Shown one piece after another: positions 24,887 to 37,221 of a stretch of 54,955 nucleotides of DNA (position 1 is its first letter; each line of letters starts with the position of its first letter). Below the pieces are notes generated by a model. It ran no database searches, was not told the DNA's origin, and saw only the letters and a program-made list of their open reading frames with translations. This stretch comes from Octopus bimaculoides (lineage: Eukaryota). Both the position numbers and the translations under genes were made by a program. The stretch lies in NCBI RefSeq assembly GCF_001194135.2, contig NC_068982.1, positions 154,989,973-155,044,927 of the forward strand, read 5' to 3'.

Positions 24887-24915
24887 CTGATGAATACGAA
24901 TTTACGTAATGTTAT
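24887..24915 (-). CDS. Candidate 29-nt exon (ITLRKFVFI)
   Basis: ttttttag|ATAAC...CATCAG|gtaata; the donor motif tcatcaggtaatat is duplicated 36 nt further on. Confidence 0.22.
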
Positions 24916-26459
24916 CTAAAAAAATATGTAACAGACTTGTATTTGAATTAAAACATGAAATTGAAACATGCGTAGTTATGTTTTAAACTATCCATTCGTT
25001 TTTGTTTACTAAATATTACACTGCGTAATATGAATTGATTATATCTTTGATACATAAATGGATTTTCAGGATATCCGAGACCATGAACAGCTGTTTGATT
25101 GTGAATACATGGAATTTCTCTGAATAATCTGTTTGGCGAAAGAGACGTAGAGATGCCTCTAAGTTAATTTACCAGAGAAGCTGGGTTCATCTGAGGAGCC
25201 TACGAAACTTTAAGTTGCCTGGAGCCGAGTCAAACTGTCTTTAAATACTGTTATATATTACGTCATATGTAAACAAACATAAGTTAGCTTTTGAAGCGCT
25301 GAAATGTATTGTAGTACAAGTAGAAAAATATGTATATGTTTTTCTTTTTTGTTTTTTCAACGCATAAGTACTGATAGAACAGCATATATATGATAAAATC
25401 CTTACAGAACAGAAAGATCTGTCAGCAGCTGGTGACAGATTTTTCTGCTCTTTACTAATTTATATATATNNNNNNNNNNNNNNNNNNNNNNNNNNNNNNN
25501 NNNNNNNNNNNNNNNNNNNNNNNNNNNNNNNNNNNNNNNNNNNNNNNNNNNNNNNNNNNNNNNNNNNNNNNNNNNNNNNNNNNNNNNNNNNNNNNNNNNN
25601 NNNNNNNNNNNNNNNNNNNNNNNNNNNATATATATATATATACACACGGTTTCCTTTAATCAAAATTCAATCACGAGTCTTTGGTTAACTCGAAGCTTCG
25701 GTAGAAGACATTTGGCCAATATACAAGACCTAGAATCAAAGCCAAAATCGAGTAGTTGCGAAGCGAACTTGTTAATTACACAGTCATTCCCGAAGCTATG
25801 TAACTTCAGGATTCAATTATTTTTGCTTGTTTGTTATATTTATTCAACAATATCTATATCACACATTTTCTTTAGTTCCGCTATTGCATTTGCTTTTGTA
25901 GTTTTTTATCTTTTTATCGAACACAGTATCAATATTTTTGCTAACAGATTCCTAGTTCGAATTTGCTGGAAAAAAAAATCTTTAACTACATATGTTTTCA
26001 ACAAAAATAAAACAAACCTTAATGTTGCACCCACGACAGTATTTAAGATTTATTAAACATCTGCAAAACATCAATTCAAGTGCCATCTGTTTCAGACGTT
26101 TTACTTCGTATGTTGTTTACTTTTTAAATTCGTGTGTGTGTGTGTGTCAAGGTTGCAGAAAACCTTACGGTAAATAATCTATATTTTCTAATATTTATTT
26201 TTTTTTTCAAATAGACTTTGATGTCACAACAGACCTGTTAGAAATATTGCTCTCAATATCAAGAGTGTTGATTGTTTTTTTTTATTTCCTTTTTATTGTA
26301 CTATCATTCTAACCAGACACTTGGGTACTCTCATTTTCCATATGCTTTCCTCAGAATTTAACCTGAGTACATTTAAATTGAACGAATATTCATAAACATG
26401 AAAGACTGTACATTGACGAAGTGAATTACCAACTTCCAGCTATAGCCAATAGAGAACAG

Positions 26460-26641
26460 CAGTAACGTAGCTAACAAGGAGCAAGGGAAGGGACTGCTGC
26501 CGCCGAGCACTTTTTTCAAAATTGGCACTTTTTCAGCAACTGAGAAAGGAGTTAAAATTGTTTGGTAAGTGTCACGGCGCCTATTTTTTTTTTTTTTTAT
26601 GTGCTCGCTCTCCCTAACTTTAGAACGTGGCTACTCCTCTG
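26460..26641. mobile_element. Putative degenerate MITE with CAGTGGCGTAGC-type TIRs
   Basis: cagtaacgtagct ... ggctactcctctg; no clear TSD. Confidence 0.4.
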
Positions 26642-26744
26642 TAGACAAGACCACGTCTACAGTGTTAAATATATTATCTTAAGGAGAATTTCTTTAATGT
26701 TTAATGACAACTGATGGTGAAGAATAGCCAGAGCTTCCAGACAA

Positions 26745-27050
26745 ACTGTGATAACAGTCTTGTATTCAGCTCAGGATCGTAAGGTCATGAGTTCGATTCC
26801 CGGCGGCGCGTTATATCGTTGAGCAAGACACTTTATTTTACGTGACTCCAGTCCACTCAGCTGGTAACAGTGAGTTGTACTTGTAACTGAAAGAGCCAAC
26901 CTAGTCACATTTTGTGCCACGCTGAATCTCCTTGAGAACTAAGTTAAGAGTATGCGTGCCTATAGAGTGCTCAGCTTCTTGCACGTTAATTTCACAATCA
27001 GGCTGTTCCGTTAATCAGATCAATTGGAACCCTTGTCGTCGCAAGTGCCA
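26745..27050 (+). mobile_element. SINE family B2, degenerate
   Basis: gagttcgattcccggcggcgcg...ttgagcaagacactttatttt...gcacgttaatttcac. Confidence 0.75.
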
Positions 27051-27859
27051 GTAACTAACTAGGGCCATCATACATAAAGTCGAGAGGAAAAGAAATCTAA
27101 TGAACAATACTTATGCGGCGAAGAGAAGAAAAGATTAGCTTATTGACTAATATAATGTAACCTGCCCTTGACATGTGCAGCTGACAATTCATGATCTGTT
27201 TCTATTTTATTAGAAATCCTCGGCAAGACATAACTTTCTCTATACCTACCATGCTAGATTAGTAATAAGAGAATCAGTATGTTTCTGCACTATATTTTCA
27301 CTATTAGGCATAGACATAGCTATCACTCGCACACGCTTTCGCTAACTATTTTAGGCGCTCAGATAGTCGTGAACAGACATAGACGCTCTCGGCTTTTCCA
27401 TGTATGCACCAGTAGATCATCGAGGACGGAAAAGCTGGAGGGAGAGAAGGCTGCACCACCAGTCGCCTTGTACTTAATTTCAGTTGAGTAAACTGGAGCA
27501 ACGTGAACACAACACGCTGCCTGGTTCAGGAATGGAACCTAAAACCTTATGATCGCGAGGCTAAAGCGCCAATAATTATCATACTAACTGACAGAAATTA
27601 CCCAAAGATTCAGACCGCGCGGAAAAAAGACAGTGAAGTTAGTGTCATCGTACTAAACATAATGAATTGAGTTTGTGGAATAGATCAGTATATAAGCTTT
27701 GTTTGTGTTCAAGTTACTGCAAATGTTCCCAAGGACAACTATGTCTATGTAAAGGAAAGATTCGTAGTTTTGACATTCATTAATGGCTAAAAGAGACTGG
27801 CTGACTCTTACACAGACAATTCTCGACAACATTAACAATGACAACAGTAGCAACAACAT

Positions 27860-27919
27860 TATCATCATCGTCACCATCGTCATCATTATCCTCATCATCA
27901 TCGTCGTCGTCGTCATCGT

Positions 27920-27965
<46 letters not shown>
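27860..27965. repeat. (CAT)n/(CGT)n microsatellite
   Basis: Direct. Confidence 0.92.
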
Positions 27966-28636
27966 GTGTCCCACATCAGTAGACGCTTTGTGAGGGGAAC
28001 TTAACGATTAATTACAAGATACTTAAGATTTAATTATAGTAACACGGAAACACAGGCAAGGTTTTTCTACTAACAAAAACTTTCACAAAGCTTAAATACA
28101 TTTAGTTATTTACGAGGTTGGAATGTTCAAACGATTGTAGTTATGCCCATGCTGGAGCATATTTGATGATGATGATGACGACGACGACGACGACAATGAT
28201 GATGATGATGATGATGATAGGGGTGAGAGTGGAGGAAGACGTTCCAGCTGAGACTATCCTGTTCATATTTTAGACAGTGAATTTAAGACTAAATCGTCTC
28301 TTTCGTTGCTATTTTTGTTGTTGTTGTTTAGCCCCAGGTTAATCTTGATTCAAGAGGCATATTAACATATGCTTTCCAGCCGTAACCATTTCACTGTTTT
28401 TTTGTTTTGTTTTTTTGTTTGTTTTTTTGTTGTTTTTTTTTGCTTTTTACTGAAATTATATCTAAATTACATAATGAATTCTCCTTTTATCTTATGACCG
28501 TTGAGTGAGATTTGGCTGTTGTTTCCAGATAACTACTGAGAGACAGAAAATTATTAACCCCATTGTTGATATTGTAGTAGTTTTGTTTTTAGTGTTTTTT
28601 ACTTTTTGTTAGTTTTTACTGTTATTGTTTTTTTTT

Positions 28637-28906
28637 CCTGATGGGCGTATGTGGTCCATGTCTCGCTACCATACAACAGGGTGCTGAGGACACAGGCATT
28701 GTACACAGCCATCTTTGTTTTCACTGTCAACTTTGGGTTTGTCCACATTCTTGATGTGAGGCGCGCGAGCGTAGTGGCTGCCTTCCCAATTCTCTTGTCA
28801 ATCTCGGCATCGAGAGAGAGGTTGTCAATGATGGTGGACCCAAGGTAGGTGAATTGATGAACAACTTCAAGTTCGTAGTCATCGATGGTGACGGCTGGTT
28901 GTGCTG
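28637..28906 (-). mobile_element. RTE-clade LINE segment downstream of the RT core
   Basis: AQPAVTIDDYELEVVHQFTYLGSTIIDNLSLDAEIDKRIGKAATTLARLTSRMWTNPKLTVKTKMAVYNACVLSTLLYGSETWTTYAHQ. Confidence 0.93.
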
Positions 28907-29679
28907 AACAAGAACAAGGGCGAAAGAAGCAACTGAAACAACTATATAGGCATCTCCCTCCTCAACATCGTTGGCAAAGTCTACGTCCGGGTCCTTCTGA
29001 CCCGTCTGCAGAAGTTGGTTGAGCAGGTCTACCCAGAATCACAGTGCGGCTTCCGAGCTGAAAGGTCCACTGTAGACATGATCTTCTCCCTTCGTCAACT
29101 CCAGGAAAAGTGCAGGGAGCTGCAGATTCCCCTATATGTTGCATTCATCGACCTCATCAAGGCCTTTGACCTCGTCAGTAGAGACGGCCTCTTCAAGGCT
29201 CTCCATTAGATTGGCTGACCTCCAAGACGGCACAGCTTAATTGAGTCCTTTCACTCAAACATGAAGGGAACTGCGCAGTCCATCGGCAACCTCTCTGAGC
29301 CCATCGACATACCCAGCGGAGTCAAGCAAGGCTGTATGCTCGCCCCAACGCTATTTGGGATCTTCTCTCTCCTTCTGAGACGCGCTTTCGGCAGAGCACA
29401 AGAAGGAATCTATATGCGGAACAGATCAAATGGGAGGCTCTTCAATCTCGCCTGCCTAAAAGCGAGGACAAAGGTCTGTGAAGTTGTCATCAGATGCACT
29501 CTATTTGCTGACGACGCTGCAGTTACGACCCACTCCCAACAGGAGTTGCAGTTGCTAATGGACCGCTTCTCCCTGGCCTGCAAGGACTTTGAGCTGACCA
29601 TCAGCCTGAAGAAGACAAACGTCCTGGCGCAAGGCACACCAGCACAACCAGCCGTCACCATCGATGACTACGAACTTGA
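28907..29679 (+). mobile_element. RTE-clade LINE RT core segment, inverted relative to 28637-28906
   Basis: ISLLNIVGKV; PESQCGFRAERSTVDMIF; AFIDLIKAFD; GVKQGC; LFADD; in-frame stops present. Confidence 0.95.
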
Positions 29680-29975
29680 TATACATACTATATATATATA
29701 TATATATATNNNNNNNNNNNNNNNNNNNNNNNNNNNNNNNNNNNNNNNNNNNNNNNNNNNNNNNNNNNNNNNNNNNNNNNNNNNNNNNNNNNNNNNNNNN
29801 NNNNNNNNNNNNNNNNNNNNNNNNNNNNNNNNNNNNNNNNNNNNNNNNNNNNNNNNNNNNNNNNNNNNNNNNNNNNNNNNNNNNNNNNNNNNNNNNNNNN
29901 NNNNNNNNNNNNNNNNNNNNNNNNNNNNNNNNNNNNNNNNNNNNNNNNNNNNNNNATATATATATATATATATAT

Positions 29976-30516
29976 AGGGGTGATGCGCTCGCAGAAATCG
30001 TCTGACAGCCATGATTGGGTTCTCCTGCTTGTGTGGCATGGTGCAGAGTCCTGTTGCCAGACACAGGGTCTTCCACCAGCCACCCTCTTCATGCAGGACA
30101 CCACTACCTGATCCAGGCACTTGATGTTGGTCTCCGTGTTGAGACTGAGGCCGTGTGAGAAGATGAATGAAGGCATAACTTCGCCATCACTAGTGATTAC
30201 TCCAAACACCATGATGTTGACTGGTGTTTAATTTGTATCACTTTTGGCACATGTTTTGGGGACACAGCAAGCCAACAGTTGTTATGTGTGCTCACCATCT
30301 GTTCGCTTTGGAGCTTCCGGTGGGAGTGCCAAGCAGTACAGTATGATGTCGTTTCCAAATTTATAGCAGTGTGAATTGCGTCATGGTGCAGTTTTTCTCA
30401 CAGACGGTGCCCAGCTGAGCCTACTATACTGTGTAGTCGACAAAATCAAATACAAACAATGCGCATGCGCGAAATTAAAAATATAAATGGGTGACAATTT
30501 ACCCATTGCACCTTCA
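29976..30516 (-). mobile_element. Tc1/mariner-superfamily relic (DD37D/maT-like motifs), internally deleted
   Basis: TIR-like ggtgcaatgggtaaattgtcacc; MTQFTLL*IWKRH; PVNIMVFGVITSDG; VWQQDSAPCHTSRRTQ. Confidence 0.8.
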
Positions 30517-30522
30517 CACACA

Positions 30523-30557
<35 letters not shown>

Positions 30558-30604
30558 TTCCCTATGCAAATTGTTTGATTGTTTTGCCTCAGCAGAGAAT
30601 GTGC

Positions 30605-30975
30605 ATTTAGCTAAAAAGCTTTTCATATTATATAACCTTGTACACAGCAACTACCAAAACAGGACCACCATGATGTTGGCTTGGGAGTCCTCGCCTTTGT
30701 CCGTAGATATGCTGGGAAGAAGAAAAGAAACTCCTCAAAGTATGACTGATGAAGAAATTTTACTGTTGTCTTTGAAAGATATGAACATTGCTAGATTAAC
30801 CTCAGTTGATCTTCCGTTGTTTAATGGATTCATGTCTGCCCTTTTCCCTGGTGTTGAATTTCCAATCGTGGAAGATGATAAGTTTAAAGCGAACATCAAA
30901 TGTGAACTTATTGAAAACAATATTTTGTCGAATGCCTACACTGTTGTGAAAGTGATTCAGCTGGGAGAGATCCAA
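30605..30975 (+). pseudogene. DNAH2: Axonemal dynein heavy chain 2-like fragment, intronless, with two compensating frameshifts
   Basis: LAKKLFILYNL / QQLPKQDHHDVGLGVLAFVRRYAGKKKR / MTDEEILLLSLKDMNIARLTSVDLPLFNGFMSALFPGVEFP...KVIQL..QNS; aligns from memory with DNAH2 LAKKVYTLYSLAVQQLSRQDHYDFGLRALTSLLRYAGKKRR...TDEEVLLLSMRDMNIAKLTSVDAPLF. Confidence 0.85.
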
Positions 30976-31042
30976 AACTCGCCATGCCAGTGCTTTACTC
31001 ATCATCTATTTATACGTGTATATATATATATATATATATATT

Positions 31043-31437
31043 ACTGGTTTCAGCCATTTTGACTGTGGCCATGCTGGAACACCGCCTTTTAGTCGAACAA
31101 ATCGACCCCATGACTTATTCTTTGTAAGCCTAATAATTATTTTATCGGTCACATTTGCCGAACCGCTAAGTTACGGGGACGTAAATACACCAACATTGGT
31201 TGTCAAGCGATGGTAGAGGGACAAACACAGACACACAAATANNNNNNNNNNATATATATGTATATATATATATATACACCGGCTTCTTTCAGTTTCCGTC
31301 TACCACATCCACTCATAATGCTTTTGTCGGTCCGATCCTATAGTAGAAGACACCTGCCCAAGGTGCCACGCAGTAGGACTGAACCCCGAACCATGTGGTT
31401 GGGAAGCAAGCTTCTTACCACACAGCCACTCCTGTGC
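31043..31437 (-). mobile_element. SINE family D, full length with internal (TA)n
   Basis: Both halves colinear with 8835-9068 and 13553-13722. Confidence 0.88.
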
Positions 31438-32222
31438 TATATGTAGTGTATTTTTTTTAGGACGGTTACGATATTTATGTTAATTCTGGTGGTGGTTTTT
31501 AATTTACTCTCTAAAAAGTTTCAATTAATATTTTCTTAAACAATCCTTGGTTTCTAACATTCATTTAACCGTTGTAAATTTATCTGTGATATTAAAGGAA
31601 TAAATGAAATCAAATTGTACTAGGCAAGAATCGAAACCTGTTCGCAGTATGCTGATTCGTCAAAAAACTTACCTCTCCTTTTGCTTCCCTTGCCACTATT
31701 TCACAAATAATTTATTGGTTCCGAGAATATACACAAAAGTTCATACTTTGATCGAGAGTAAAATCGATTAAATCAACTCAGTTACTTGACAAATACTTTA
31801 TTTTATCGACAGCCAAAGAAGAACACGCAAAGTTAACCATAGCGAGATTTAAACTTAGAAGGCGAAGAATTGCAATTTTTTCAAATAATTGTTGCTTCCA
31901 AACATTGGCAGAAAGTCACACACTTTGGGGGAAGGGTTATATTTGATTATATATTCGATTAACAGATATCCTGTTTTCAAATAATTATTTATACAAAATC
32001 CTTTATGTTTATTCTTCGTGAGTGAGATAGAATCAAGTCTATTAGGAGACTGTATAATTTGCTTTGTAACACGAACTTACTTGATAGTAAACGATTGGTG
32101 TGGCTATACGCTATATATCTCTAACAGAAAATACAGTTGTATTGCAATCACACCCATTGTTATCTCCCCTTAATTGTAAAGAATCTAAAGTAGCTTCCCT
32201 TGTATTTATTACCTTCAGTATA

Positions 32223-32802
32223 CTGGATGGCCCAAAAGTAGATTTACAGTTATTCAACAATCTCTTTCGTATTCATATATTAACAGTTTAGATCTTTATT
32301 ATAGAAAATATGAAACCATTATTCTATGATAATTTAGTTGATTTTGTCAAGCTCTTATGCATTGACAGTAAGAGACTGCCTTGACCAAGCCTTTCCACAG
32401 CTGGTTTGGAAGACGGGGCAGTATCGAATGGCCACTACGTTCACCTGACCTGACACCAGTGGATTTCTTCTTTTTGGGGGGGGGGGGAAGGTTGTAAAGA
32501 ACAAGGTTTATGAGAAGGATGCCAAAACAGTAAATGAATTAAGTTTACATTTCTGACGCATTCACTGAAATTGATGGAGATCGAAATTTGTGCTGCACTG
32601 TGTCGGAGTGTTCTGAAGAGGTTTGTAGAATGTTGCAATGTTGAAGGAGGACATTTTGAGCATCTAAGAGATTAAACATTGTCTGCTTAAGATGTGCATA
32701 AACAATATGATTGTGAGATAGAAATTTGAATGTAATAAAACGTTTTAAAAGAAATTTAAAGAGCCTACGTGATAACTGTAAACCTACTTTTGGGCCACTC
32801 TG
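32223..32802 (+). mobile_element. Non-autonomous Tc1/mariner element (~580 bp)
   Basis: TA TSDs; TIRs ctggatggcccaaaagtagatttacagttat / rc cagagtggcccaaaagtaggtttacagttat; WFGRRGSIEWPLRSPDLTPVDFFFWG. Confidence 0.9.
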
Positions 32803-33165
32803 TATATGCTATTTACCTATTGCTTCAGGTAGAAACAAAAGCAGCATTGGTTATTCAGATGTAGTTTTCTACTAATAATATTATTTAGCGTTTCACGCAA
32901 ATTTTCAAATATTAGAAAATCATTNNNNNNNNNNNNNNNNNNNNNNNNNNNNNNNNNNNNNNNNNNNNNNNNNNNNNNNNNNNNNNNNNNNNNNNNNNNN
33001 NNNNNNNNNNNNNNNNNNNNNNNNNNNNNNNNNNNNNNNNNNNNNNNNNNNNNNNNNNNNNNNNNNNNNNNNNNNNNNNNNNNNNNNNNNNNNNNNNNNN
33101 NNNNNNNNNNNNNNNNNNNNNNNNNNNNNNNNNNNNNNNNNNNNNNNNNNNNNNNNNNNNNNNNN

Positions 33166-33531
33166 GATCTTCATCTTCAAGGCTGAAATCTCCACTTCTG
33201 AATTTTGCAAACCATCTTCTGCAAGTTCTTTCATTCAAGCATTCTTTCCCATAAACTGAGTGTATGTTTCGAGTCGCTTTGGCTGCAGAGTTTCCTTTTT
33301 CGTACTCATAAAGCATTATGTGCCTCAAATGCTCTTTGGATATTTCCATGTTAGAAAGGGTTTTAATCAAAGTAATTTTAATTCTATTATTCTGTAAAAT
33401 AATATTTAATTAGTTTAAATATACTCAAATTCATAAAAATAATTTTTAATTCCATTAGACATTCTAAAATACTATTAAATTTCATTCAATTTTAAAAAAG
33501 GTAAAATCGGATAGAACTTATGGGATGACTT
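33166..33531 (-). mobile_element. Mos1-type mariner 5' end (HTH), truncated by gap
   Basis: TIR rc aagtcatcccataagttct; MEISKEHLRHIMLYEYEKGNSAAKATRNIHSVYG...RRWFAKFRSGDFSLEDED. Confidence 0.88.
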
Positions 33532-33679
33532 TATATTTCAACTAAAACTTTGGGATTATATCTTTTCCTGGTACCTTCCAGTTTAGATGGAAAGGTTACT
33601 GTAGTACCTGGGTTATCTCTTAAGTTGATATGGTTTCTCACAATTACTCAACTGTTACGTTTTTGTTTTGTTTTTTGTT

Positions 33680-34200
33680 TTTTGTAACAATCTCGTCCAC
33701 ATGGGGATTCCTACAATGTCCACACACCGACCCAGCAATCTTCTACTTATCATTCTGTTGGTTCTGCAAAACTAAATTGTGAGCTAGTTCTTGATCTAAG
33801 TGTTTTGGTTTGGTATCGAAATGTTTGTTTTGTTCAAATAATTCATTGTCTCTTTCATTACAAAAGATTCCTAGCGACAATCTCATTTCCAAGCGTTTTT
33901 TCATTTCGGTAACATTTTTCTCATAAAGAATTGAGAAATTATTTATTTTATTTATTGTGTACGTTTATTTTCCATGATGTTTTCTGGGCTAGATCTGAAA
34001 GAGAAGCCATTTCCTTCGCTAACACAGTGGTAACTGTTTATATCATTTCATTTATCCAGGTTATATTAATGTTCGTATCTGATTTCACTAAGTTTGTAAT
34101 GGCCGTGTTTGCGTAGGTTGCCTCGTTATACTTTCTGTACTTCACGGAAAGATCTTTTCAATTTTAATTCATTAACTATTTGGGCTCCTTTGTCCTATAA
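33680..34200 (-). mobile_element. Decayed R4/Dong-like ORF fragment upstream of RT
   Basis: FDTKPKHL-like and EDCWVGVW motifs; TNLVKSDTNIN; weak. Confidence 0.4.
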
Positions 34201-34353
34201 TTTTCATCCCCATAATTTTTTTTTTTTTTTTAATATCACGGTTGAATTGGCCAGACGAATATTGTCACTTTAAAATTGTTTTAAGTCATACATATAAAAG
34301 AAATTATTTATAATATGTCTTTTGCTTTAATAACTATTCATAGTTTCATCTAG

Positions 34354-34413
34354 CAAATTTGAAACAAGAGTCAGAATTATGCAGAAGAGTAGAAGAGAAA
34401 ATGAGTCTTCCAG
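34354..34413 (+). CDS. Candidate 60-nt plus-strand exon
   Basis: gtttcatctag|CAAATT...TTCCAG|gtagat; purine-rich, open in two phases (NLKQESELCRRVEEKMSLP or KFETRVRIMQKSRRENESS); no partner exon found. Confidence 0.25.
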
Positions 34414-34967
34414 GTAGATTCTGCTTCTTAAGAAGGGTTGACTTTAACACCATATTTACTTTACAAGTGATATGGTAATTGTATACCTTACCAAAGCATG
34501 GGTGATGATATGCAGTATCATTATTATTTCTACTGGAACTTCATTATTTACATGTAGTGACTTTAATGTGTGGTGGGCATCAAACACTGAAAGTAGTGCC
34601 CCAGTGTTATCGCAGTCCAATGATTGAAAACGTTAACAGAAAAAAAAGCTAATTTACAGTGTTATGTTAGTTATTGATTTGTTGATTTTTCATGATCGAT
34701 TGGTTAGTTTTTGACTGATATACTAAAATACTTGATAGCTTTTGTTTATTGGAACATTTTCCTTGTTATCTTTCAGAAGCGCGTGTGAATGCCATTCATT
34801 CTGTTGATCCTTTCATTACAAATTTAAAGATTTCCATCAGGAAGCAACGAAGGGGCAACTACAAAATTGCTCGAACAGCTAGAAAACCCACACCACACTC
34901 TCCTTCGTAATATGTAACATTTTACCAATAAATGAAATAGCAGCCACATCTCCCTTAGATTATCACT

Positions 34968-35349
34968 TGTTGACACTCCGTTGCTTACGACGTCGAGGGT
35001 TCCAGTTGATCCGATCAACGGAACAGCCTGCTCGTGAAATTAACGTGCAAGTGGCTGAGCACTCCACAGACACGTGTACCCTTAACGTAGTTCTCGGGGA
35101 TATTCAGCGTGACACAGTGTGACAAGGCTGACCCTTTGAAATACGGACACAACAGAAACAGGAAGTATGAGTGAGAGAAAGTTGTGGTGAAAGAGTACAA
35201 CAGGGTTCGCCACTATCCACTGCCGGAGCCTCGTGGAGCTTTAGATGTTTTCGCTCAATAAACACTCACAACGCCCGGTCTGGGAATCGAAACCGCGATC
35301 CTATGACCTCGAGTCCGCCGCCCTAACCACTGAGCCATTGCACCTCCAC
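34968..35349 (-). mobile_element. SINE family B1, full length, inserted into a family C copy
   Basis: 11-bp TSD agattatcact at 34957-34967 and 35350-35360. Confidence 0.95.
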
Positions 35350-35515
35350 AGATTATCACTATACCCTCTTGAAAAGGAAGAGATACATTACATGAGGTAG
35401 TCCTAGGTAGAGAATGCTAAACAAAAAGACAGGATGATCATGGCTGGAACGCCTATAACCATAGTTCTTTTCAGTCAGCATTGATCTAGAGTTAGTTATA
35501 CAACAACATTAATAG
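35350..35515 (+). mobile_element. Repeat family C 3' part (continues 34935-34967)
   Basis: gtagtcctagg...atgatcatggctggaacgcc...acaacaaca tail. Confidence 0.6.
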
Positions 35516-35823
35516 ATACTTGTATCTCCTATTGTTAAACTTTTGGGTGATCACTTGCCTTGAAATGGCCTTCAAAGAGGTATCAGTCTAAATTAAGCAA
35601 GACGCCGTTTGGGTTGGTGGTGGGATAGCAAAATCGATAAGGCAACCTCCAGTATTTAATTCCGATCTTCAAACTTTACAATGTCGACTTTTCCTTTCAG
35701 TCCTGGGAGTACCAATGAAGTACTGCCTCTATCGATTGAATCCACAGTAGATGTCTCTTTGGTCTTTTGCCAATTGTGTTGTCTTGTGACTGTTTTATAA
35801 ACTATTGCCATTACTGATGTCTT

Positions 35824-35863
<40 letters not shown>

Positions 35864-36601
35864 AGGTGGTGGTGGTGGTGGTGGTGGTATGTCCTTTATT
35901 TCTAGCAGTTCATGCCCTTAAGAAATGATAATGATTCATTGAATTGTTTACCCTCCCTTTCAGTTTTTGGCTTTAGTGTCACTTAGAGAGGTACAACTGC
36001 TATATATTTCCATTCCAGCCATGGTCATCCCATATGTTTAGGAGTGATACATAAATTAATGCCCTTTCTTTTATTCAAACGGTATAGTGGGACTTGAAGG
36101 AGTTTAGCTTCTATTTCTAGCAGATCGTGTTTTTGTTATTTTTTCTGAATTGTACTGGAATTATCGATTTAAACTACACAACACCCTCCCCCGTAATATG
36201 TGGCATTTTACCAATATAAGAATATATCATTAACATTAATGTCCTTTGACTTGGCACAATTGCTGTATTTATTCCAAGAGTCATCCAGGTTTATGGGGAG
36301 AAGAGAATGTGATTGTATGATCTTTGTACAATAGTTACTTTGATAAAAGTCATTAGCAGCGTAAGTGAAGTGAGCTCGTTTCGAATGGGAATTGACAGCA
36401 CGACCATATTGTCATATTCATTTAGTTATCCAATCTGCAGAGGGAAGTCGTATATGATGTAGAGAGGAACAGAAGCTGGAGGTGATGTACAATCAGTATT
36501 TATTAGAAAGTATTTACATCCAATAACACTGTTTTGACCAAATGAAGCAATGATATTATGGCGTGGACGGTTCTTTACGCTTGCCAATTCTTCTTGTTCT
36601 T

Positions 36602-37221
36602 GGTGCAGGTGGTGGTGGTGGTGGTGGTGCAGGTGGTGGTGCAGGTGGTGGTGGTAGTGCAGGTGGTGGTGCAGGNNNNNNNNNNNNNNNNNNNNNNNNN
36701 NNNNNNNNNNNNNNNNNNNNNNNNNNNNNNNNNNNNNNNNNNNNNNNNNNNNNNNNNNNNNNNNNNNNNNNNNNNNNNNNNNNNNNNNNNNNNNNNNNNN
36801 NNNNNNNNNNNNNNNNNNNNNNNNNNNNNNNNNNNNNNNNNNNNNNNNNNNNNNNNNNNNNNNNNNNNNNNNNNNNNNNNNNNNNNNNNNNNNNNNNNNN
36901 NNNNNNNNNNNNNNNNNNNNNNNNNNNNNNNNNNNNNNNNNNNNNNNNNNNNNNNNNNNNNNNNNNNNNNNNNNNNNNNNNNNNNNNNNNNNNNNNNNNN
37001 NNNNNNNNNNNNNNNNNNNNNNNNNNNNNNNNNNNNNNNNNNNNNNNNNNNNNNNNNNNNNNNNNNNNNNNNNNNNNNNNNNNNNNNNNNNNNNNNNNNN
37101 NNNNNNNNNNNNNNNNNNNNNNNNNNNNNNNNNNGTGCAGGTGGTGGTGGTGCAGGTGGTGGTGTTGCAGGTGGTGGTGCAGCAGGTGGTGGTGGAGCAG
37201 GTGGTGATGGTGGTGGTGGTG
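36602..37221. repeat. (GGT)n minisatellite punctuated by GCA, with a central gap
   Basis: Direct; all interruptions stay in triplet phase. Confidence 0.92.

Noticed and set aside
25191-25216. CTGAGGA-gcctac-GAAA-ctttaag-TT hammerhead-like spacing
   Set aside because: Stem II is 1 bp and there is no stem I complementarity
25070-25245. ttttcag followed by GC-richer, exon-like sequence
   Set aside because: Stops in all frames and no donor; no homology recognised
30487-31062. 191-aa ORF as a functional dynein exon or novel gene
   Set aside because: Dynein homology switches frame twice within it; it starts in a TIR and (CA)n and ends in a SINE; treated as a pseudogene
34779-34910. Plus-strand acceptor followed by a 42-codon open frame
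   Set aside because: The second half is repeat family C; no recognisable protein
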